NCBI GenBank assembly: GCA_965205945.1
Contig: CBDBIB010000001.1
Coordinates: forward strand, 160,001 to 224,000
Origin: Bdellovibrionales bacterium
Lineage (GTDB): Bacteria > Bdellovibrionota > Bdellovibrionia > Bdellovibrionales > UBA1609
Direction: 5' to 3'
Length of the DNA stretch: 64,000 nt
The translations under genes were made by a program, and so were the position numbers. The notes beneath the pieces were generated by a model, which made no database searches, was not told the origin of the DNA, and saw only the letters and a program-made list of their open reading frames with translations. Below, in pieces: positions 20,553 to 31,868 of the stretch (position 1 is its first letter; the number at the start of each line of letters is the position of its first letter).

Positions 20553-23282
20553 ATGAAAGTATATCAGTTTGCCACAGAATTAGGGCTAGAAACAATTGCC
20601 TTAATGGATAAAATTAAAGAATGGGATTTTCCTGTAAAGAGCCATATGGCTGCACTTGATGAAAATACAATGAACTTGATTAAAGATAAGCTTAATCAAG
20701 CAAGCAGTGTTACTAAGAAAAAAACTAAAAAGAAAAAAGCTAAAAAGAAAACTGCTGCAAAAAAAGTAGTGGCTAAAAAAGCATCTAAAAAAACTGTAAA
20801 AAAAACAGCCTCAAGTACAGTTACAAAGGTGTCCTCTGGTAAAACTGGTATTGATCCAGGGCAAAAAGGTGCTGTTATTGCAAGCGCTACTTTTGAAGAA
20901 ACTGGAGCTGTAGTCGGCAAAAGAGTTATTCGTAGAAAAGCTAGTGAAGTAAAGCAAGCTCAAGAAGCTGAAATAGAAAAGTTAAAAGAACAAGAACTTG
21001 AAGCTCAAGCTGCTCAATCAGTATCTTTTAGATCAGAAACAAACTCTAAAGCAGAAACAGCCATAGCAAATAAGAAAAAAGAAATAAACGTTGCAGGGAC
21101 AGCTACAAAGACTCCAGCAGTTAAAAAAGCTAGAATTTTTGGTAAAAATATTATTGGTAAAGTTGACTTAGGTAAGGTTAAGGGTCCAAGACAAACTACA
21201 GAGACTTCTCAAGAAGCAAGAACTTTAGGCCCTAAATCTGCACAAAGAGGCTTAAGATCTGGATTCGTAGCTCCAACACCATCCTTTCCCGTAACAGACC
21301 CAACTGCAACAATTAACAGAAGAAGGGAATACAATCCTGCAGCTTCAACAGTGGCTGCGGCAAAGAAAAAAGCAGGTGCTACATCAGGTAAAGAACAACC
21401 TACAACAAATTTTAAAGCAACTGATTTTAGAAAGCGTGAAATGGTCTTTCAACCTAAGAAAAAGAAAGTTTCTTTTTTACCCGGTAAGAAAACAGAGATT
21501 ACAACTGCCGCAGTGCATAAAAGAGTTGTTAAAGTTAATGGAAGCATGAGTCTTTCTGAACTTGCTCAAAATATGGGAATGAAAGCTTCACAGCTGCTTA
21601 AAGTTTGTGTGGATCAAGGACTGTCTGTAAATATAAATTCCACCCTAGACTTTGATACAATATCTTTAATAGTTCTTGAGTTAAATTGGGAGGCCAGAAA
21701 TATTAAGCAAACGTCTAAAGATATTGTAGAATCAGTTGCCTTTGGAAATCTTAAGACAAAACCTATAAGTAGAGCTCCTATTGTAACAGTTATGGGCCAT
21801 GTAGATCATGGTAAAACAACTTTATTAGATTCCATCCGTAAAACCAATGTTGTAAGTGGAGAGGCTGGTAGCATTACTCAGCATATTGGTGCGTATAGAG
21901 TTTTTATTGAAAAAAATAAGCCCATCACATTTATTGATACTCCAGGCCATGCAGCTTTTACGGCAATGCGAGAGCGTGGAGCACAAGTCACAGATATTAT
22001 AATTTTAGTTGTTGCTGCAGATGATGGTATGATGCCACAGACTGAAGAAGCTATTAGTCATGCAAAAGCTGCAGGCGTTCCAATAATTGTTGCAGTTAAT
22101 AAAATTGATAAAGAAGAAGTTAAACCTGATAAAATTAAACAGCAACTTTCAGATAAAGGACTCGTTCCTGAAGAATGGGGTGGAGATACTGTATTTGTTG
22201 AGATTTCAGCACTTAAGAATTTAGGAATTAAAAACCTTTTAGAAACTATTTGGTTACATTCAGAGCTCTTAGAGCTTAAAGCAAATCCTGAGCAATCAGC
22301 TAAAGGAATTGTTATTGAGAGTAAGATTGAAAAAGGTAAGGGAATTGTTGTAACTCTACTAGTAGAAGAAGGAACTATTCAAACAGGCCAATCAATTTGC
22401 GCAGGTTTTGTTACAGGTAAAGTTCGTCGACTTATGAATGACCAAGGTCAGCTCGTTAAAGAAGCCGGCCCATCTGTTCCTATTAAAGTTATGGGGTTTT
22501 CAGCAGTGCCTAACGCTGGGGATCGGTTTGATGTCTGTGAAAATGATCAACAGGCTACAGCATTAACAGGGCAAAGAAAAAATGAACAAGCCCAACTTGA
22601 AATTAAAGAATCTAGTAAGAAAATTTCTTTAGAAGATCTTCTTAAAAAAGTTAAAGATAATAAAGAGGTAGACCTTTCTATTGTTCTTAAAGCTGACGTT
22701 GCTGGTTCTGCTGAAGCAATTAAAGGGGTACTTAATAAAATTAAAAATGATGAAGTTAAGGTTAAATTTATTCACAGCCAAGTCGGAACTGTAAATGAGT
22801 CAGATGTTTTACTTGCAAGTACTTCAGGTGGGATAATTATAGGTTTTAATGTTCGCCCTGATACACAGGTTACAAAATTAGCTAAAGAAAAAAACGTTCA
22901 AATTAAGTGTTATCGAATTATTTATGAACTTGTAGACGATGTAAAAAAAATTATGTCAGGCCTTTTGACTCCGGATATTATTGAAAAAGAAAGTGGTAAA
23001 GCTGAAGTTCGTGAAATATTCACAGTTCCAAAAATTGGCACAATTGGTGGATCATTTGTTTTAGAAGGTAAAATCAATAAAAACCACATGATTAGACTTA
23101 TTCGTGAAGGAAGAATTATTTACGAAGGAAAAATCTCCTCTCTTCGACGTTTTAAAGATGATGTTAAAGAAGTAACATCAGAATTTGAATGTGGTATAAG
23201 TATTGAGAACTACAATGACCTTAAGGTTGGGGATATCATTGAGGCGTATATCAAAAAAGAAATTGCAAGAAAGATTGTTTAA
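20553..23282 (+). CDS. infB: Translation initiation factor IF-2
   Basis: [25 protein letters not shown]; Lys/Ala-rich N-terminal linker. Confidence 0.98.
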   Translation: MKVYQFATELGLETIALMDKIKEWDFPVKSHMAALDENTMNLIKDKLNQASSVTKKKTKKKKAKKKTAAKKVVAKKASKKTVKKTASSTVTKVSSGKTGIDPGQKGAVIASATFEETGAVVGKRVIRRKASEVKQAQEAEIEKLKEQELEAQAAQSVSFRSETNSKAETAIANKKKEINVAGTATKTPAVKKARIFGKNIIGKVDLGKVKGPRQTTETSQEARTLGPKSAQRGLRSGFVAPTPSFPVTDPTATINRRREYNPAASTVAAAKKKAGATSGKEQPTTNFKATDFRKREMVFQPKKKKVSFLPGKKTEITTAAVHKRVVKVNGSMSLSELAQNMGMKASQLLKVCVDQGLSVNINSTLDFDTISLIVLELNWEARNIKQTSKDIVESVAFGNLKTKPISRAPIVTVMGHVDHGKTTLLDSIRKTNVVSGEAGSITQHIGAYRVFIEKNKPITFIDTPGHAAFTAMRERGAQVTDIIILVVAADDGMMPQTEEAISHAKAAGVPIIVAVNKIDKEEVKPDKIKQQLSDKGLVPEEWGGDTVFVEISALKNLGIKNLLETIWLHSELLELKANPEQSAKGIVIESKIEKGKGIVVTLLVEEGTIQTGQSICAGFVTGKVRRLMNDQGQLVKEAGPSVPIKVMGFSAVPNAGDRFDVCENDQQATALTGQRKNEQAQLEIKESSKKISLEDLLKKVKDNKEVDLSIVLKADVAGSAEAIKGVLNKIKNDEVKVKFIHSQVGTVNESDVLLASTSGGIIIGFNVRPDTQVTKLAKEKNVQIKCYRIIYELVDDVKKIMSGLLTPDIIEKESGKAEVREIFTVPKIGTIGGSFVLEGKINKNHMIRLIREGRIIYEGKISSLRRFKDDVKEVTSEFECGISIENYNDLKVGDIIEAYIKKEIARKIV

Positions 23283-23283
23283 A

Positions 23284-23685
23284 GTGATTGATGGCAATTT
23301 AACTACTAAATCAAGAAGGATCTTACGAGTAGAAAAAGTTCTTCGTCAAATTATTGGACAGTATTTAATGTCTATAAATTCATTGTTTAATGGAGTAATG
23401 GTCACTGTCATTAAAACCACTTGCACCTCAGATTTAAAATCTGCCAATGTATATATTAGCATCTACAATACTAATGATAACTTTAACATAGAGGATATTT
23501 TTAATGTGTTAGAAGAGCGAAGAGCATTAATTCAGCATAAAATTGGAAAAGAACTTCCCATTAAATTTTGCCCAAGATTAAAGTTTATTTTAGACAACTC
23601 CATTGATAAACTAACCCATCTTTCAAAACTTTTAAATACATCAAGGGTTAAGTCTATGAACAACACCTCTATTAAAAGCAAATAA
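23284..23685 (+). CDS. rbfA: Ribosome-binding factor A
   Basis: RRILRVEKVLRQ, DLKSANVYIS, P.LKFILD.S; located between infB and truB; GTG 23284 probable start. Confidence 0.88.
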   Translation: MIDGNLTTKSRRILRVEKVLRQIIGQYLMSINSLFNGVMVTVIKTTCTSDLKSANVYISIYNTNDNFNIEDIFNVLEERRALIQHKIGKELPIKFCPRLKFILDNSIDKLTHLSKLLNTSRVKSMNNTSIKSK

Positions 23686-23688
23686 AAA

Positions 23689-24666
23689 TTGAAAAAACAT
23701 CCTCCTCCATTTTCAGGACTGCTGTTGGTGAATAAACCTAAGGGACCTACTAGCCACGATTTAGTTATAAAACTTCGTTGGTATCTAGGCACAAAAGCTG
23801 TTGGTCATGCAGGAACCTTAGATCCCATGGCCGAAGGATTGATGATTTTACTTATTGGGGATGCTACAAAACTTTCTCAATGGATAATAGAAACTTCAAA
23901 AGCGTATTCAGGAACAATAACTCTCGGTGCAGAAACAACAACTGATGATGCTGAAGGTAAGAAAACCTATTTATTTTCGAAAGTTAAAGTTTTTGAAAAA
24001 GAAGTTTTAGATGTTTTTGATTCTTTAAAAGGCAAGCAAGAACTCACAGTCCCTAAGTACTCTGCCATAAAACAAGAAGGTCGAAAACTTTACGAGTTTG
24101 CAAGATCTGGAAAAAATATTGTTTGTCCTAAAAGAGTAATGAATTTTTATGACTTAAAACTTTTAAAAATTTCAGGTTCTAATATTTCTTTCTCCTTAAA
24201 CTGCTCAAAAGGAACTTACATTAGATCTTGGGCAGTTGAAGTTGGAAGGCGACTTGGAACAGGAGCTTTTTTAAGTTCGCTAAAAAGAACTCGAATTGGT
24301 GATTTTTATTTAAAGAAAGCACAAGATATTAAGTTTTTTAAAAATCTTAAAAACCTTTCAACCAATGATATTTTTGCCAAAGTTAAAGCCTCAGGTTGTT
24401 TTATTTCACTTTCTGAATCACTTCCAAAAGCTAAGATTATAAAATTAAATTCTAAAGAAGAAATACTTTTCTCTAATGGTCAAATTCCTAATAGTGTGAG
24501 AACTAGAATATCCTCGCTTTTAAAAGATGCCCTTAGAAACAAAAAAACATATCTTATTAGAATGTTTGGATCAGGAGGACGTTTAGCTGGTATTGTAGAC
24601 ATTGACTATGAAGGTCATCTTAAAATTCAAAGAGTTTTTAACGATCCTATAAAGCAAACCTTTTAG
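23689..24666 (+). CDS. truB: tRNA pseudouridine(55) synthase
   Basis: NKPKGPTSHD, GHAGTLDPMAEG, CSKGTYIRS. Confidence 0.95.
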   Translation: MKKHPPPFSGLLLVNKPKGPTSHDLVIKLRWYLGTKAVGHAGTLDPMAEGLMILLIGDATKLSQWIIETSKAYSGTITLGAETTTDDAEGKKTYLFSKVKVFEKEVLDVFDSLKGKQELTVPKYSAIKQEGRKLYEFARSGKNIVCPKRVMNFYDLKLLKISGSNISFSLNCSKGTYIRSWAVEVGRRLGTGAFLSSLKRTRIGDFYLKKAQDIKFFKNLKNLSTNDIFAKVKASGCFISLSESLPKAKIIKLNSKEEILFSNGQIPNSVRTRISSLLKDALRNKKTYLIRMFGSGGRLAGIVDIDYEGHLKIQRVFNDPIKQTF

Positions 24667-24669
24667 TTT

Positions 24670-24942
24670 TTATACATCATACTCTTGGGGTCTTTCACTA
24701 GGAAAAAACTTAAGGCGGTAGATGTTTATGTCATACTCTTCGCCAAGCTGCCTGGTAAGTTCTTTAAGTATCATAGAATTCATTTTTTCAGGGAGTACTA
24801 CAATATTAGCCTCTTTAAGAAAAGGAAGAATCTCTTTCTTAGCAGCAAATATGAATTCATCAGGGCTTTGCTCAACCCAACCACGTTCAAAAATTGCTTC
24901 TATAACACCATTTGCTATAATACTTTGTAATACTTTTTCCAT
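24670..24942 (-). CDS. Hypothetical protein, 90 aa
   Basis: ATG with AAGG upstream, convergent on truB; protein-like composition, no recognised motif. Confidence 0.55.
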   Translation of the reverse strand: MEKVLQSIIANGVIEAIFERGWVEQSPDEFIFAAKKEILPFLKEANIVVLPEKMNSMILKELTRQLGEEYDINIYRLKFFPSERPQEYDV

Positions 24943-25238
24943 TAACCTTTACTCGGAATAATATGAAGTAAGTATGAGTCCAGTTTAAATTCAATGTTGA
25001 GTTCTGCTCATTAGAGCAGTAAAATATATAAAATAAACCCTATTAAAATTCTTAAATATAATAAAGCTAGACTATTCTACCTATGAAAGCACCGCCTTTA
25101 GTTATTTTAACAACAAAGCTGTCTGTAAACTATTATATCTAGTAATATTTTTAATACCTATCTTTATACAGATTTTATGATATTAAACTTTAACATAAAG
25201 TGATGGCTAGCTCTGGATTATCCATATATCCTTGTCTA

Positions 25239-26285
25239 TTAAAAAATACTCTCTGACTGCTTAATAGCGTGAAGCTGCCCACAAGCTGCATAAATATCCT
25301 CACCTCTGGTTTGACGTTTATAAGCTCTAATACCTCTTTCTAATAAGTATTTCTGAAATTTGTCTACCTGTTTAAGGTCTGGTTTTTTAAAACCTGAACC
25401 AGGATGTTCATTAAAAGGAATAAGATTCACCATAGCCTTTCTACCTTTTAATAAAGTTGCAAGCTGTCTTGCTTGAATCATATCGTCTGTAACACCTTTT
25501 AACAAAACATACTCAAATGTCACCTCTTCCCCTGTCACTTTAGAATGTTCATCTGTAGCTTTAAACAATTCTTTTATAGAATGTTTTTTATTAATAGGCA
25601 TAATTAAAGATCTTACCTTATCATTACTAGCATTTAAACTCACTGCTAAATGAGCACCTGATTTAGAAATTAATGGAATATGATTTACCAAGCCTGATGT
25701 TGAAACTGTTACTCTTTTCCTAGAAAAATTAACCCCTTTATTGTCTCTTAAAATCTTAATAGTTTTAAAAACACCCTCTAAATTATCTAAAGGCTCACCC
25801 ATTCCCATAAAAACAACATTGGTTAAGCCCTCTCCACCATTTTTTAAAAGTCTATCATTTACCTCTAAAAACTGCCCCATAATTTGACTAGGGCTTAATC
25901 TTTTCTTAAGTTTGTACTTGCCTGTAAAACAAAATTTACATCCAAAATTACACCCAACTTGTGACGACACACACAAAGTTTTCCTCTCCCCTGAAGGAAT
26001 CATAACTGTTTCAATAGTTAAGTTCTCACCCACATCAAATAAATATTTCTGTGTGCCATCTTTACTCTGCCTAAACTCAATCACTTTAGGTCTTTGAAAA
26101 TAAAGCCTTTCATCAATGAACTCCTTAAAATCTTTTGAAAGATCAGTCATGGCCTTAATAGACTCTTCTCTTTTATGATATATCCAAGAAAAAAGCTGAT
26201 CTGCCCTAAAAGACTTTTCACCACAAGCATGAAAATATTTTCTAAGAGAGGCTTTTGTTTCATCAAAAAAATTAACTTTATCCAT
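25239..26285 (-). CDS. rlmN: Dual-specificity RNA methyltransferase RlmN (radical SAM)
   Basis: CVSSQVGCNFGCKFC, FMGMGEP, AACGQL. Confidence 0.96.
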   Translation of the reverse strand: MDKVNFFDETKASLRKYFHACGEKSFRADQLFSWIYHKREESIKAMTDLSKDFKEFIDERLYFQRPKVIEFRQSKDGTQKYLFDVGENLTIETVMIPSGERKTLCVSSQVGCNFGCKFCFTGKYKLKKRLSPSQIMGQFLEVNDRLLKNGGEGLTNVVFMGMGEPLDNLEGVFKTIKILRDNKGVNFSRKRVTVSTSGLVNHIPLISKSGAHLAVSLNASNDKVRSLIMPINKKHSIKELFKATDEHSKVTGEEVTFEYVLLKGVTDDMIQARQLATLLKGRKAMVNLIPFNEHPGSGFKKPDLKQVDKFQKYLLERGIRAYKRQTRGEDIYAACGQLHAIKQSESIF

Positions 26286-26299
26286 AGTTTTACAAAATA

Positions 26300-27379
26300 T
26301 CAGATATTTTCTTGGAATTTAAGATTAATTTCTGATTGAGAAAATCTTTCCATATATGATTTAATATCTTTGAGTGTACAAGACACAGCCCCTACTTTAC
26401 CAACCACATAACCTGCAGCAAAATTAGCAAAAAAAGCGGCTTCAACCACTGTAAGACCCCCTAAAAGACCGTAGGATAATGCTGCAAGAACAGTATCTCC
26501 CGCCCCAGTCACATCAAAAACCTTTCTAGCAAAAGTGGGCACCTTTAAAACACGATCTTTATTACAAATACTCATCCCTAAAGGACCTAAAGTTCCAATA
26601 AGATTTTTAAACTCCCCCTCTTCTAATATCCACTTTAAAAGCCCCACATAATCTTTAGTCCTAGCCATATCTGAGTATGAAATCGTTTCAGTATAGTTTG
26701 GCTTAAAAAAATCTGCTCCTTTAAATTTTAAAAGAGATGCTTTTTTATAGGGATCTACAAAAACTATTGAGCCTTTTTCATGGGCTGTTTTAATTAGTTT
26801 TTTGCAAAACTCATCAAATAAAACACCTTTTCCATAATCTTGTAAAATCACATGACTGTATTCAGAAAAATCTAATAATTCTAATAAATTTAAAAGACTT
26901 TTTTTATCCTCTTTACTTAATACCCCACTTTCTTCAGAGTCTAACCTTAAAAGATGATGTTGACCGCTAATAACTCTTGTTTTCTTAGTAGTTGGTCTTA
27001 AGGCAGAGTTTACAAGCCTTGAATTTAAGCCCTGCACTTTAGATAACATTTCCTCTATATTCTCACCAGCTTGATCAAGCCCTTTTAAACCTAAAAGATC
27101 ACAACAAGCACCTAAAGAAGATAGATTCTTAGCTACATTGGCTGCAAGCCCCAGTTTTTTTTTACTTTCTTTTAAATTTACAATAGGAACTGGTGCTTCT
27201 GGACTAATACGCTTAACATCCCCAAATAAATATTTGTCTAAACCAATATCACCAACCACTAGGACTCTAGAACTGGTTGATTTATTTGCTATTTTTTCAG
27301 TCACAAAAGCCTCAACCACAGACATTGTCTTAGAGAAGGATTTAAAATTCATCAATTCAATTGCTTTTGTTTTGCCCAC
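26300..27379 (-). CDS. hldA: D-glycero-beta-D-manno-heptose-7-phosphate kinase (RfaE1/HldA, PfkB family)
   Basis: GDIGLDKY, RISPEAPVP, DYGKG, DVTGAGDT; exact start uncertain. Confidence 0.88.
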   Translation of the reverse strand: MGKTKAIELMNFKSFSKTMSVVEAFVTEKIANKSTSSRVLVVGDIGLDKYLFGDVKRISPEAPVPIVNLKESKKKLGLAANVAKNLSSLGACCDLLGLKGLDQAGENIEEMLSKVQGLNSRLVNSALRPTTKKTRVISGQHHLLRLDSEESGVLSKEDKKSLLNLLELLDFSEYSHVILQDYGKGVLFDEFCKKLIKTAHEKGSIVFVDPYKKASLLKFKGADFFKPNYTETISYSDMARTKDYVGLLKWILEEGEFKNLIGTLGPLGMSICNKDRVLKVPTFARKVFDVTGAGDTVLAALSYGLLGGLTVVEAAFFANFAAGYVVGKVGAVSCTLKDIKSYMERFSQSEINLKFQENI

Positions 27380-27517
27380 AACCTTGGGTTAACATAAAAT
27401 CTAATTATAAAAAATAACACACATTGACTAAATATGCTTCTAAATGGTTTCTGAGAGTGTTTTAATTATTAAGCTTTAAAAAAAAACACAAAGGCGAAAA
27501 CATACGAGGAAATCATA

Positions 27518-28786
27518 ATGGAGCAAGCAGCAAACCCTTTAAAATCAAGTCACTTTTTTAGAAATACAATATCTTTAATTCAAAGAGTTGGGGAAAATAT
27601 AAATATAAACTCTTCAGCTTTAGAAACATTAAAACACCCAAGACGTATGATCACTGTAAGCATCCCTGTTAAAATGGATGATGGCCGCCTTCTAGTTTTT
27701 GAAGGGCACCGTGTACAACATAATCAAGCTCTAGGCCCATTTAAAGGTGGTCTTAGATATCACCCGTCAGTACATGTTGGCGAGGTTGCAGCTCTTGCAA
27801 CTTTAATGACTCTAAAAAATTCTCTTCTAGATCTTCCCTTAGGTGGAGCAAAGGGGGGAATTTGCGTCGACCCTAACTCTTTATCACTTGCTGAGAACGA
27901 GCGTTTAACTAGAAGATTTACACGTGAAATTGGGCCTTTTATTGGACCTGACAAAGATATTCCCGCTCCAGACGTTGGAACCAATCATCAAACTATGGCT
28001 TGGATGATGGATACATACTCTCTTGACACTGGCTACTCTCAAACAGGTGTTGTAACAGGAAAACCCGTTGCTGTAGGTGGGTCAAAAGGAAGAAACTCAG
28101 CTACAGGTCTTGGTGTTATTTATATTACAGAAAAAGCATTAAATTCTGTTAATCGTAAAATAAGAGATGCTACTATTGCAATACAAGGTTTTGGTAAAGT
28201 TGGAATGTATGCTGCAATTGAAGGCTATAATCTTGGAGCACGTATTGTTGCTGTAAGTGATATGTCTGGTGGTATATTTAACGGTGATGGAATTAATATC
28301 CCTGAACTTGTAAAGTACACTAAAACAGCTAACTCTATTAAAGGTTTTACAGGAGCTACACCTATAACTAATGATGAGCTCTTAGCACTTAAAGTAGATA
28401 TTTTAGCTCCCTGTGCATTAGAGGGCGTCATTAATAAAAATAATGTAAACGATATTAAAACAAAGATAATTGTTGAAGGCGCAAATGGCCCTGTAACAAA
28501 CAATGCCAACGATACTTTAAATAGTAAAAATATCATGGTTGTTCCTGATATCCTTGCAAATGGGGGTGGTGTTGTTGTTTCTTACTTTGAGTGGGTTCAA
28601 GATATAGTATGGCTTTTTTGGGAAGAAGATGAAGTTCGGATAAAACTTAAGAAAATTATGGAATTATGCTTTGACACTGTTTTTAAATATTCACAAGATA
28701 ATAAATGCGATTTAAGAACTGCAGCTTTAGCCGTTTCCCTTTTAAGATTAGAGCAAGCTATGCGCCTTAGAGGACAAACTTGGTAG
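27518..28786 (+). CDS. gdhA: Glutamate dehydrogenase (Glu/Leu/Phe/Val family)
   Basis: GPFKGGLRY, GGAKGG, DIPAPDVGT, QGFGKVG, NGGGVVVSYFEW. Confidence 0.92.
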   Translation: MEQAANPLKSSHFFRNTISLIQRVGENININSSALETLKHPRRMITVSIPVKMDDGRLLVFEGHRVQHNQALGPFKGGLRYHPSVHVGEVAALATLMTLKNSLLDLPLGGAKGGICVDPNSLSLAENERLTRRFTREIGPFIGPDKDIPAPDVGTNHQTMAWMMDTYSLDTGYSQTGVVTGKPVAVGGSKGRNSATGLGVIYITEKALNSVNRKIRDATIAIQGFGKVGMYAAIEGYNLGARIVAVSDMSGGIFNGDGINIPELVKYTKTANSIKGFTGATPITNDELLALKVDILAPCALEGVINKNNVNDIKTKIIVEGANGPVTNNANDTLNSKNIMVVPDILANGGGVVVSYFEWVQDIVWLFWEEDEVRIKLKKIMELCFDTVFKYSQDNKCDLRTAALAVSLLRLEQAMRLRGQTW

Positions 28787-29775
28787 TAAATCTAATAACA
28801 AAACCCTGGCTTTACTTACCACCAAGCATATCTCATAAAATTGGCCCTTTAATCTTAAGAGCTTTATCTAAATTAAAATCTTTTCCAAAAACAAAAACTA
28901 AAAAACTTAAAAAACTAGGGCTACATTTTAACAGCCCCTTTGGTACAGCCGGTGGATTAGATAAAGAAGCTAAAGATCTTTTCACGTGGACAAAGTGGGG
29001 CGCTGGCTTTTTAGAACTTGGAACCTTTACGCCAAAACCTCAAGGACCCAATCCTGGGAAAATAATTGACCGTGATATTAAAAATAAAGCTCTCTGGAAC
29101 TGTATGGGTTTTCCAAATGCTGGCTTTAAAGCTGTTCTTCCAAAAATTAAAAACTACAAAGAAAAAATGGGAAACAACACTCCTATTTTCATAAATATTG
29201 GGAAAAATAGAACTACCCCTTTTAAAAAAGCTCAAGATGATTATATAGATGGCATTAATTTTTTTAGTGAGGTTGCAGACTGCTTTGTGATCAATATTTC
29301 AAGCCCCAACACTACAGATCTTTGCTTACTTCATCAAAAAGAAAACTTTAAAGCCTTTATCTATCCCATTATTAAAACCTCAAAAGTACAGCAAAAAAAC
29401 ATCCCACTTCTTTTAAAACTCTCTCCAGATTTAAATGACGATGATTTTACAATTTTTTTAAATGACTGCAAAGAGCTAGATCTTGGCGGCTTCATCCTTA
29501 CAAATACTACCGTTGATCGCCCTAAAGGAATCAACTTTCCAGAAAAAGGTGGCTTATCTGGAGCACCTCTTTATTCTAAATCTTTACAAAAACTTAAACT
29601 AGCTCGGCATATTCTTGGCAACAACTCTCCTCAAATTCTAATTTCTGTTGGAGGCATTTGTTCTCCTAAAGAGGCCGTCAACAGACTTAAATCCGGGGCC
29701 GACTTAGTTCAATTTTACTCAGGCCTTATATTCTATGGCCCTTCTCTTTTTAAAGATTCTATTAAAATGCTTTAA
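28780..29775 (+). CDS. pyrD: Quinone-dependent (class 2) dihydroorotate dehydrogenase
   Basis: AGGLDK, NISSPNT (catalytic Ser), KLSPD, TNTT, GGLSG. Confidence 0.93.
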   Translation: MVVNLITKPWLYLPPSISHKIGPLILRALSKLKSFPKTKTKKLKKLGLHFNSPFGTAGGLDKEAKDLFTWTKWGAGFLELGTFTPKPQGPNPGKIIDRDIKNKALWNCMGFPNAGFKAVLPKIKNYKEKMGNNTPIFINIGKNRTTPFKKAQDDYIDGINFFSEVADCFVINISSPNTTDLCLLHQKENFKAFIYPIIKTSKVQQKNIPLLLKLSPDLNDDDFTIFLNDCKELDLGGFILTNTTVDRPKGINFPEKGGLSGAPLYSKSLQKLKLARHILGNNSPQILISVGGICSPKEAVNRLKSGADLVQFYSGLIFYGPSLFKDSIKML

Positions 29776-29851
29776 ACACCCTTTCTAATACTAGACTCAA
29801 ATTACTAAAATACCTGACAAGATCCCTAGTTTAGAGTATTTTTTTAGTATT

Positions 29852-30280
29852 ATGGATAACAAACGTAGACGTGGATATTGGATACCAGTTGTAACAGCAA
29901 TGATGCGACGCGGAGATGAGGTTTTATTAGGGCTTCGTCCTGAAGGTCATAACCTTGCAGGCTTTTGGGAATTTCCTGGTGGGAAAGTTGAACCTAAAGA
30001 AGAACCTGAAAAAGCACTAAAACGTGAACTTAATGAAGAACTTGGAATTGATGCTGAAATTGGAACTATTAGATTCATAGGAGTCCACTCTTATGGCAAT
30101 ACTGGTATCTTACTTTTATTCTATGAGGTTCCCTACTGGAAAGGCGAGCCTAAAACAGTTCATCATGATGGGCTAAAATGGGTTAAAATATCTGAACTCA
30201 AAAATGAACACCTTCCTGAAGTAAATATAAAACTTTTAGATAAAATTACTTATGCACTTAATAACCCTGTGAGCTCATAA
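29852..30280 (+). CDS. mutT: MutT-type NUDIX (d)NTP pyrophosphohydrolase
   Basis: WEFPGGKVE...ALKRELNEELG Nudix box. Confidence 0.8.
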   Translation: MDNKRRRGYWIPVVTAMMRRGDEVLLGLRPEGHNLAGFWEFPGGKVEPKEEPEKALKRELNEELGIDAEIGTIRFIGVHSYGNTGILLLFYEVPYWKGEPKTVHHDGLKWVKISELKNEHLPEVNIKLLDKITYALNNPVSS

Positions 30281-31524
30281 TGAACTTTCATGTTTGCTTT
30301 GTAGGAAGAAATTTTCCTTTAATGAGTAAGACTTCAGATCAAGAAAATATTTGGCCTATTGCTGAAAAACTCTCAGAAATGGATGTGACTGTCTCCATTA
30401 TAACTCATAAAGCACCTTCAAATAAAATAACAATCAGACATAAAAATATTACTGTATATTTTGTCACTAATAACAATAACTTTTTATCAAAAAATGATTT
30501 TCCAAAAGAAGCTCTTAAAAAACTTAAGACAATACACAATGCTCATAAAATAGACCATGTGCACAGTCTTGACACTCCTTTAAGAAAATTTAAATCTTTT
30601 TTAAACCCTTGCAAACCAAGTCTAAGCTACGGTGTTCAGGTCTCTAAAATAGAAGAGATGTTTAGCCTTCTCTCTGTTGATGACAGTCTTACAGGGCTCT
30701 TAAAATCAAACCTACTAAATCCAATAATATTTTTAAAAAAATATTTTTTTAAAGACTACTTTACTCTAAGAGAGGCTCAAGGCATTTTAGTCAGCAGCCC
30801 AAAACAAGCCCTAAGCTTAGAACGTTATTATTTATATCCCCCAAATAGGATTTTTAAAATCCCATTAGACTCCTATGTAAGTGATTTAGTTTTAAGAAAA
30901 AAATCTAAAAAACTTTTAACTCAATTTAATCTCATCTTATCTACACCAATTATAGCCACCTCTTCTAACATGCAAAAACCTGATGAGCTCTTTTATCTCC
31001 TAGACGTTTTTGAGCAAATCGCTTTAATTCACCCTAAAGCAAAACTCCTAGTTATTGGAAACGGCCCTTGCTTTAAAGATATTGAGCAAACTGTTCTCTT
31101 AAAAGCCCTGGATTCTAGAGTGATTTTTACAAAAAATGTTCCAAAATCTCAACTTCCAGACTATGTATCCTTGTCTAATATCTTTATAAATATTAACTAT
31201 GCAACTTCAGGCTTTGGTCCAACACTCATTGAAGCTATGGCTCAAGAAAAAATTATCATAGGATCTGAGTTTAGCCCAATTTCATCTATAATCGATAATG
31301 GTAAAAATGGCTTTCTTATACGCCCTGGTGAAACTGCTAAATGTGTAAACCTTATTGATCAAGTATTTACAGAATCTATAGATGTAGAAAATATTGGCAA
31401 ACATGCTAGAGAAGACATAAAAAAAATACTCAACCAAGACCAACTTACAGAAAAAACACTAAAAGCCTTTAAAAAAATCAATTCTAAAGGGTTCAAGCTT
31501 TTCTCAATCCCATTTTTCAACTAG
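30280..31524 (+). CDS. GT4-family (GT-B) glycosyltransferase
   Basis: LLVIGNGP, GFGPTLIEAMA, IIDNGKNGFLI. Confidence 0.8.
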   Translation: MNFHVCFVGRNFPLMSKTSDQENIWPIAEKLSEMDVTVSIITHKAPSNKITIRHKNITVYFVTNNNNFLSKNDFPKEALKKLKTIHNAHKIDHVHSLDTPLRKFKSFLNPCKPSLSYGVQVSKIEEMFSLLSVDDSLTGLLKSNLLNPIIFLKKYFFKDYFTLREAQGILVSSPKQALSLERYYLYPPNRIFKIPLDSYVSDLVLRKKSKKLLTQFNLILSTPIIATSSNMQKPDELFYLLDVFEQIALIHPKAKLLVIGNGPCFKDIEQTVLLKALDSRVIFTKNVPKSQLPDYVSLSNIFININYATSGFGPTLIEAMAQEKIIIGSEFSPISSIIDNGKNGFLIRPGETAKCVNLIDQVFTESIDVENIGKHAREDIKKILNQDQLTEKTLKAFKKINSKGFKLFSIPFFN

Positions 31525-31534
31525 AATATTAACA

Positions 31535-31810
31535 ATGACCAAAGCTGAAATAATCCAACTTCTCTCTGAAAAACACAAAATTACAAAAGCAAAGGCTGAT
31601 ATTGTAGTAGATACAGTTTTTAATTCTATTATTTCCTCACTAGTTCATGATGGTCGTACAGAGATCAGAGGCTTTGGAACTTTTGTAAATCGTGATTATG
31701 AGGCCAGAAAAGGACGAAACCCTAAGACAGGTGATGTTATTAATGTTGCAGCAAAAAAACTTCCTTTCTTTAAAGCCGGAAAAGAACTCAAAGGTGACCT
31801 TAATAAATAG
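31535..31810 (+). CDS. HU/IHF-family DNA-binding protein
   Basis: MTKAEII, EIRGFGTF, GRNPKTG, FKAGKEL. Confidence 0.95.
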   Translation: MTKAEIIQLLSEKHKITKAKADIVVDTVFNSIISSLVHDGRTEIRGFGTFVNRDYEARKGRNPKTGDVINVAAKKLPFFKAGKELKGDLNK

Positions 31811-31868
31811 TATGTATCATTTCATTATGGTTAATACGCTTATCTTTTAAAATAATTTATTTATTTTT

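Noticed and set aside
23203..23283. N-terminal extension of rbfA overlapping infB
   Set aside because: Longest-ORF artefact; RbfA similarity begins after GTG 23284
24685..24961. Plus-strand ORFs of 81 and 79 aa
   Set aside because: Antisense to the better-supported 24670..24942 minus-strand gene
31809..31835. Second dif/cer-like candidate (AGTATGTATCA-TTTCA-TTATGGTTAAT)
   Set aside because: The spacer is only 5 bp and both arms deviate from consensus
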